Shown here piece after piece: positions 60,112 to 64,000 of a DNA stretch of 64,000 nucleotides; the stretch's first letter is position 1; the number at the start of each line of letters is the position of its first letter. A program made the translations under genes and the position numbers. The notes beneath the pieces were generated by a model. The model was given only the letters and a program-made list of their open reading frames with translations. It did not search any database and was not told the origin of the DNA. This stretch comes from an uncultured bacterium (GTDB lineage Bacteria > Acidobacteriota > Thermoanaerobaculia > Multivoradales > JAHZIX01), in NCBI GenBank assembly GCA_965368975.1, contig CBDUPA010000002.1, forward strand, positions 32,001 to 96,000. Reading direction: 5' to 3'.

Positions 60112-63100
60112 GTGAGTGCAGCAACGAACCCTCCCACAGCGTACCCTTCGCGGCCCGCGCGGACGGTGCTGCATCTGTGCCCTGGACCGAGGGCCGCGGA
60201 GAGCGCGCTGCTGCGCGACCTCGATGCGCTGCTCAGACCCGATGGCGAGGCCGGCGATCTCGAGCGTCGACTGCAGGACTTGCGCCGGCCGGTGCACGTG
60301 CTGGTGCCGTCGCGGCACCTACGCCACCACATCGTGACGCGGCTCGTCGCGGGACGTGCTGGAGCAGGCTGTACTGGAAGGCCAGGCAGAGCCGTGGCAG
60401 GCGTCGCGGTGCATACGCTGCGTGGCCTGGCACTCGAAGTGCTGGGACGCGCTGGCGAACCGGGACTCTACGGCGCTGAGCTGTTCGATCTGTGGACACA
60501 GCGCGTGGCGCGGCGGCTGCCGGCGTTGAAAGCGTCGCTGGGCGGGCTGGTGGACGGCTACAGCTCGGTGCCGGGGACGGTGCGTGACCTGCTGGAGGCC
60601 GGCTTCGAGCCCGTGCACTTGCCGGCGGCGACGGAGGCGCTGCGCGCGGAAGTGGACGAGGGCCGGGCGGCGCGGGCGGCAGTCGAGCGGGGTGTCGCGT
60701 TGCTGCAGGTGGCAGCCTTGGTGAGCCAGGAGCTAGAGCGCGAAGGTCTGTGCACCGACTGGACCCTACTGCGACGGGCGAGCCAGCTGCTGGAAGAAGC
60801 CGCGAAGACTGAGACGGTGGAGCACTGGTTGCCTTGCCGTGCAGTGCTGATCACAGGCTTTGCCGACGCGACCGGCGTCGCGCTGGACTGGATGGAGACG
60901 TTGCTGCGCTGCTACGGCGGTCGTGTCTACCTGGAACAGCCACCGGATCCGGGCCGGCCGGCGGTTGCCAAGGCGCAAGACGGCGAGCAGTTGGCGCTCT
61001 TCGGTACGCCGGACGGGACGCCGCCACCTGAGGACCAACCCACTACCAGCCACGAGACCGCCTTTTCGGCCCGCCTGGCGGAACGCTGGTCCAGCGTACT
61101 GGACGCGGTGGAGCAGGAAGACGACGTCTGGCAGCAGGACGGCGCGCGGCAGGAGGAGTGCAGTGCGCCGCGCCAGGCATCTGCTCTACTGGCATCTGCG
61201 TTACAGGAACCTGCGCTACAGGCAATCGTGGCCCCCGGGCCGGAAGCCGAAGTTGCGGAGGTGGTGCGCCGGGTGCGCAGCTGCCTGGAGGGGTCGGTGT
61301 CGAGCGAGCCGGTGAGGCCGGAACGGGTGGCAGTGGTGGTGCGCGACCTCACCCCCTACGGCCGCTTGCTCGCGCGTCACCTGCACCGTCTGGGCGTGCC
61401 GTTCTCAGCCGGTCCGTCGACCACGCACAGCGCCGGCAGCCGGACGCCCGCCGGACGTCTCGCACGCGGGCTGCTCGAGCTGCTGACGCGTGGCGAGCTG
61501 CTGGCGGTGGATCGCTGGCTGGAGCTGCAGCACGGGCTCGACGAAGCCCACAAGGGACGCTTGCGGCGGGCGCTGTTCGGCCTCGGAATGGTGCGACTGC
61601 GCGACTTGCGACGGGAGCAAGAAGAGGAACTCGACGAGCTGGGCGTCGACGAGACCCCGGTGAGCGGTGAGGGTGTCGAGCTACTGCCCTGGCTGGAGCG
61701 AGGCCGTGCCGTACTGGACGCTCTCGAAGACTGGCCGGCAGCGGCCCCCCTGGGCTACCACCTCGACCTCCTGCTGCGACTGTTGCGCCAGCTGCGCTGG
61801 CCCGCGCAGGAAGCGGCTTCCGGAGAGGCGGCGGCGGTGCTGATGCAGTCGCTGCTGGAGGCGCGCGAGCAGCTACCCTTGGCGGTGCCCGTCGTGCGTG
61901 AGGAGCTGCGGGCACTGCTCAGCGGCTGGTGGGAACCCTTGAGCCGCGCCGACTTGGCGGAAGGGACCGGGGTACAAGCAGCGAGCTGGGGCGGGGGGGT
62001 GCAGGTGCTGAGTGTCATGGAGGCGCGGTCGCTGACCTTCGAGCGCCTGTTCGTGCTCGGCCTCGGCGCACACCAGTTCCCGCGTCGGGTACGCGAGGAC
62101 CCGCTGCTGCCCGATTCCTTGCGGCTGGCGCTGACGCGAGTCCTGCCAGACCTGGCGGTCAAGCGTCGCGGTTTCGAGGAGGAGCGTCACCTGTTCGCGC
62201 AGCTGCTGGCATCCGCCCCGGAAGTGACGCTGAGCTGGGCATCAATGGACGAGGACGGACGCGCACTCCCGATCTCACCGCTGGTCGAGCGCCTGCGCTA
62301 CCGGCCGGCAGGTGCCCCCCTGATTCCACAAGTGGCCCGACCGTTGGCACCCGGAGGGCTGCAGGGCTCGACCCCAACCTCGGCTTCGATGGCGACCTCA
62401 CCGCTTTGGGATCATCTCCTGGCTGCTGGTACGAGCGGCCGGCGCAACGACTTCCAGCGCCTGCTGGTGCCGGCGTGGCGGGAGGGACTGGAGCTGTATC
62501 CGCCGCGCGGTAACGGCCTGAGAGCCGCGCTCGAAGATGCGGCCGCGGGTCCCACCACAGCCTGGTTGCAGACGCTGGCCGAAATGGCCCCGGATCGCTC
62601 GATACCGCAGGGTCGATGGGGACCGTTCCTCGGCTTGACGGGCTCCGGCACCGATGGCGATCGACGGATACATGTGACCACGCTCGAGCAGCTGGCGGCC
62701 TGCCCATGGCAGACGTTCGTGCAACGAGTGCTGCGCGTCGAGCCCCCCCACGATCCACTGCAGCGCCTGCCTGCTTTGACACCACCGATGGTGGGTCGCG
62801 CGGTGCATGCCGCGCTGGAGCAGTTGGCGGCACGCATCACGCCGCCAGCGAGCCGGCGCGAGAACCACTTGGCAGCCGTACGACAGCGGCCGGGCTGGGA
62901 CTGGACGTGGCCGGAGGGGGCGGAGCTCGACGCCCTGCTCGAGACGGCCGCCACCGAAACGCTGGCGGACAGCGGCATCCGTTCCGCCGGTCTGGCGCGT
63001 GCGCTAGCCGCGCGGGCGCGGCCCTTCGTCGACGAGGCGCGCAAGCTGGACGCACGACTGTCTCCACCAAGGGTACAGGCCCAGAGGGCTCAGATCCTGG

Positions 63101-63738
63101 GAGCGGAGGTCTCGGGACGATTCTTCCTGAATCCGGCGCCAGATCGGAACGCACGAGCAGGAAGTACCCAGCTCCACTTCCAGGCTGACCGGGTCGATCG
63201 CCTACCGGGCGGGGCCTTGCGCCTCACCGACTACAAGACTGGCAAACCACCGGACCTAGGCGACGGTCGCGGCGCGCACCACCAGGCGTTGCTCAAAGCT
63301 GTGCGCCGAGGCCGGCAGCTGCAGGCCGCCGTCTATGCGCTTGCTGCCTCGACGCCTGAGCAGCCAGCCGAGGGCCGCTACGTGTACCTACGTCCTGCCG
63401 ATCCCCCGGAGACGGGAGGTGACTCCGAGCAGCACGCAACCAGCCGGCAGCTGTCGACGGCGGGCATCGAACCGCAGCTCCAGGCCGAACTTCCGCCCAC
63501 CCTGCATCGGCTGCTGCGCCTGTGGCAAGCGGGCGTGTTCTTCCCGCGCCTAGTCGAGCCCCGCGAAGACCGCGAGCCCCGGCGCTGCGCCAGCTGCGCG
63601 GTCGCCGAGGCCTGCGTGCGCGGGGACTCCGGCACCCGCCGCCGCCTGCTCCGGGCCGTCGAGCAGGCGCGCGACGCGGGCCGGAGGCCGGAGTGGCTGG
63701 ACGCGCTCTTGGAGGTCTGGGACCTGCCGGTGCGCTGA
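60112..63738 (+). CDS. AddB/RexB-like inactive helicase with PD-(D/E)xK nuclease and Fe-S staple
   Basis: VLVPS, VAVVVRD, VQVLSVMEARSLTF..LFVLGL..FP, EERHLF, LAACPWQ, ADRVD..LTDYKTG, QLQAAVY, CASCAVAEAC. Confidence 0.85.
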   Translation: MSAATNPPTAYPSRPARTVLHLCPGPRAAESALLRDLDALLRPDGEAGDLERRLQDLRRPVHVLVPSRHLRHHIVTRLVAGRAGAGCTGRPGRAVAGVAVHTLRGLALEVLGRAGEPGLYGAELFDLWTQRVARRLPALKASLGGLVDGYSSVPGTVRDLLEAGFEPVHLPAATEALRAEVDEGRAARAAVERGVALLQVAALVSQELEREGLCTDWTLLRRASQLLEEAAKTETVEHWLPCRAVLITGFADATGVALDWMETLLRCYGGRVYLEQPPDPGRPAVAKAQDGEQLALFGTPDGTPPPEDQPTTSHETAFSARLAERWSSVLDAVEQEDDVWQQDGARQEECSAPRQASALLASALQEPALQAIVAPGPEAEVAEVVRRVRSCLEGSVSSEPVRPERVAVVVRDLTPYGRLLARHLHRLGVPFSAGPSTTHSAGSRTPAGRLARGLLELLTRGELLAVDRWLELQHGLDEAHKGRLRRALFGLGMVRLRDLRREQEEELDELGVDETPVSGEGVELLPWLERGRAVLDALEDWPAAAPLGYHLDLLLRLLRQLRWPAQEAASGEAAAVLMQSLLEAREQLPLAVPVVREELRALLSGWWEPLSRADLAEGTGVQAASWGGGVQVLSVMEARSLTFERLFVLGLGAHQFPRRVREDPLLPDSLRLALTRVLPDLAVKRRGFEEERHLFAQLLASAPEVTLSWASMDEDGRALPISPLVERLRYRPAGAPLIPQVARPLAPGGLQGSTPTSASMATSPLWDHLLAAGTSGRRNDFQRLLVPAWREGLELYPPRGNGLRAALEDAAAGPTTAWLQTLAEMAPDRSIPQGRWGPFLGLTGSGTDGDRRIHVTTLEQLAACPWQTFVQRVLRVEPPHDPLQRLPALTPPMVGRAVHAALEQLAARITPPASRRENHLAAVRQRPGWDWTWPEGAELDALLETAATETLADSGIRSAGLARALAARARPFVDEARKLDARLSPPRVQAQRAQILGAEVSGRFFLNPAPDRNARAGSTQLHFQADRVDRLPGGALRLTDYKTGKPPDLGDGRGAHHQALLKAVRRGRQLQAAVYALAASTPEQPAEGRYVYLRPADPPETGGDSEQHATSRQLSTAGIEPQLQAELPPTLHRLLRLWQAGVFFPRLVEPREDREPRRCASCAVAEACVRGDSGTRRRLLRAVEQARDAGRRPEWLDALLEVWDLPVR

Positions 63739-63767
63739 GAGAGCCGGACACCGTGGCCTTTCCAACC

Positions 63768-63870
63768 CTCTGTGTAGGAGCAAGCTCATGTGCCTGCCCT
63801 GGGCGGGGGGCGGGAATTCCGGATGCGCGCGCGGCGCAGGGCGGCCACATGGGGCCGCCCCTACACAGAG
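63768..63870. repeat. REP doublet (GTAG family, REPIN-like), GTAG ends facing outward
   Basis: GTAGGAGCAAGCTCATGTGCCTGCCC (63774-63799) and GGGCGGCCACATGGGGCCGCCCCTAC (63839-63864); outer arms CTCTGTGTAG/CTACACAGAG. Confidence 0.8.
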
Positions 63871-63887
63871 CGCACAGCGGCACTTCC

Positions 63888-64000
63888 TCAGAGTTCTAGA
63901 CCGGATACCTCGCGCAACATCCGCTCGGCGTGGCCCTTGGCCTTGACGTTGTAGAACACCTTGCGCACCGTGCCATCGATGTCGACGATCAGCGTGCTGC
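63888..64000 (-). CDS. bcp: Peroxiredoxin BCP, 3' end only
   Basis: Manual translation ...STLIVDIDGTVRKVFYNVKAKGHAERMLREVSGLEL*, a typical BCP C-terminus. Confidence 0.75.
   Translation of the reverse strand, partial: STLIVDIDGTVRKVFYNVKAKGHAERMLREVSGLEL

Overview
GC-rich bacterial chromosome segment, probably Acidobacteriota (inferred from an ADOP-type permease, an acidobacterial-type VWA protein and several kinase-TPR/ECF modules). I saw no rRNA, tRNA, CRISPR array, transposase or prophage. Housekeeping and metabolic genes: uvrA, a divergent folA/thyX pair, cca, a PafA-like phosphatase, an NAD-linked formate dehydrogenase whose catalytic subunit has an in-frame selenocysteine TGA plus SECIS hairpin (the ORF track splits this gene), acyl-CoA dehydrogenase with mce, a saccharopine-dehydrogenase-like gene, an AddB-like nuclease and the 3' end of bcp. 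Envelope and signalling modules: an ECF43-like sigma with a Ser/Thr kinase, a thioester alpha-2-macroglobulin coupled to a ~1850-aa repeat protein, and an ECF/anti-sigma/CpxP-like triad. A RpiB/DeoC sugar-phosphate-utilisation (SPU-type) microcompartment locus is split by an inserted gene pair. The best candidate for an undescribed system is at 40394-45516: a membrane Ser/Thr kinase and an FHA-like, twin-HTH sigma54 activator face a small DP-EP-like (putative Asp-Pro self-cleaving) protein. That small gene has a clear -24/-12 promoter and a four-site inverted-repeat enhancer whose geometry fits the twin HTH. All family calls come from motif recognition by eye; no database searches were run.
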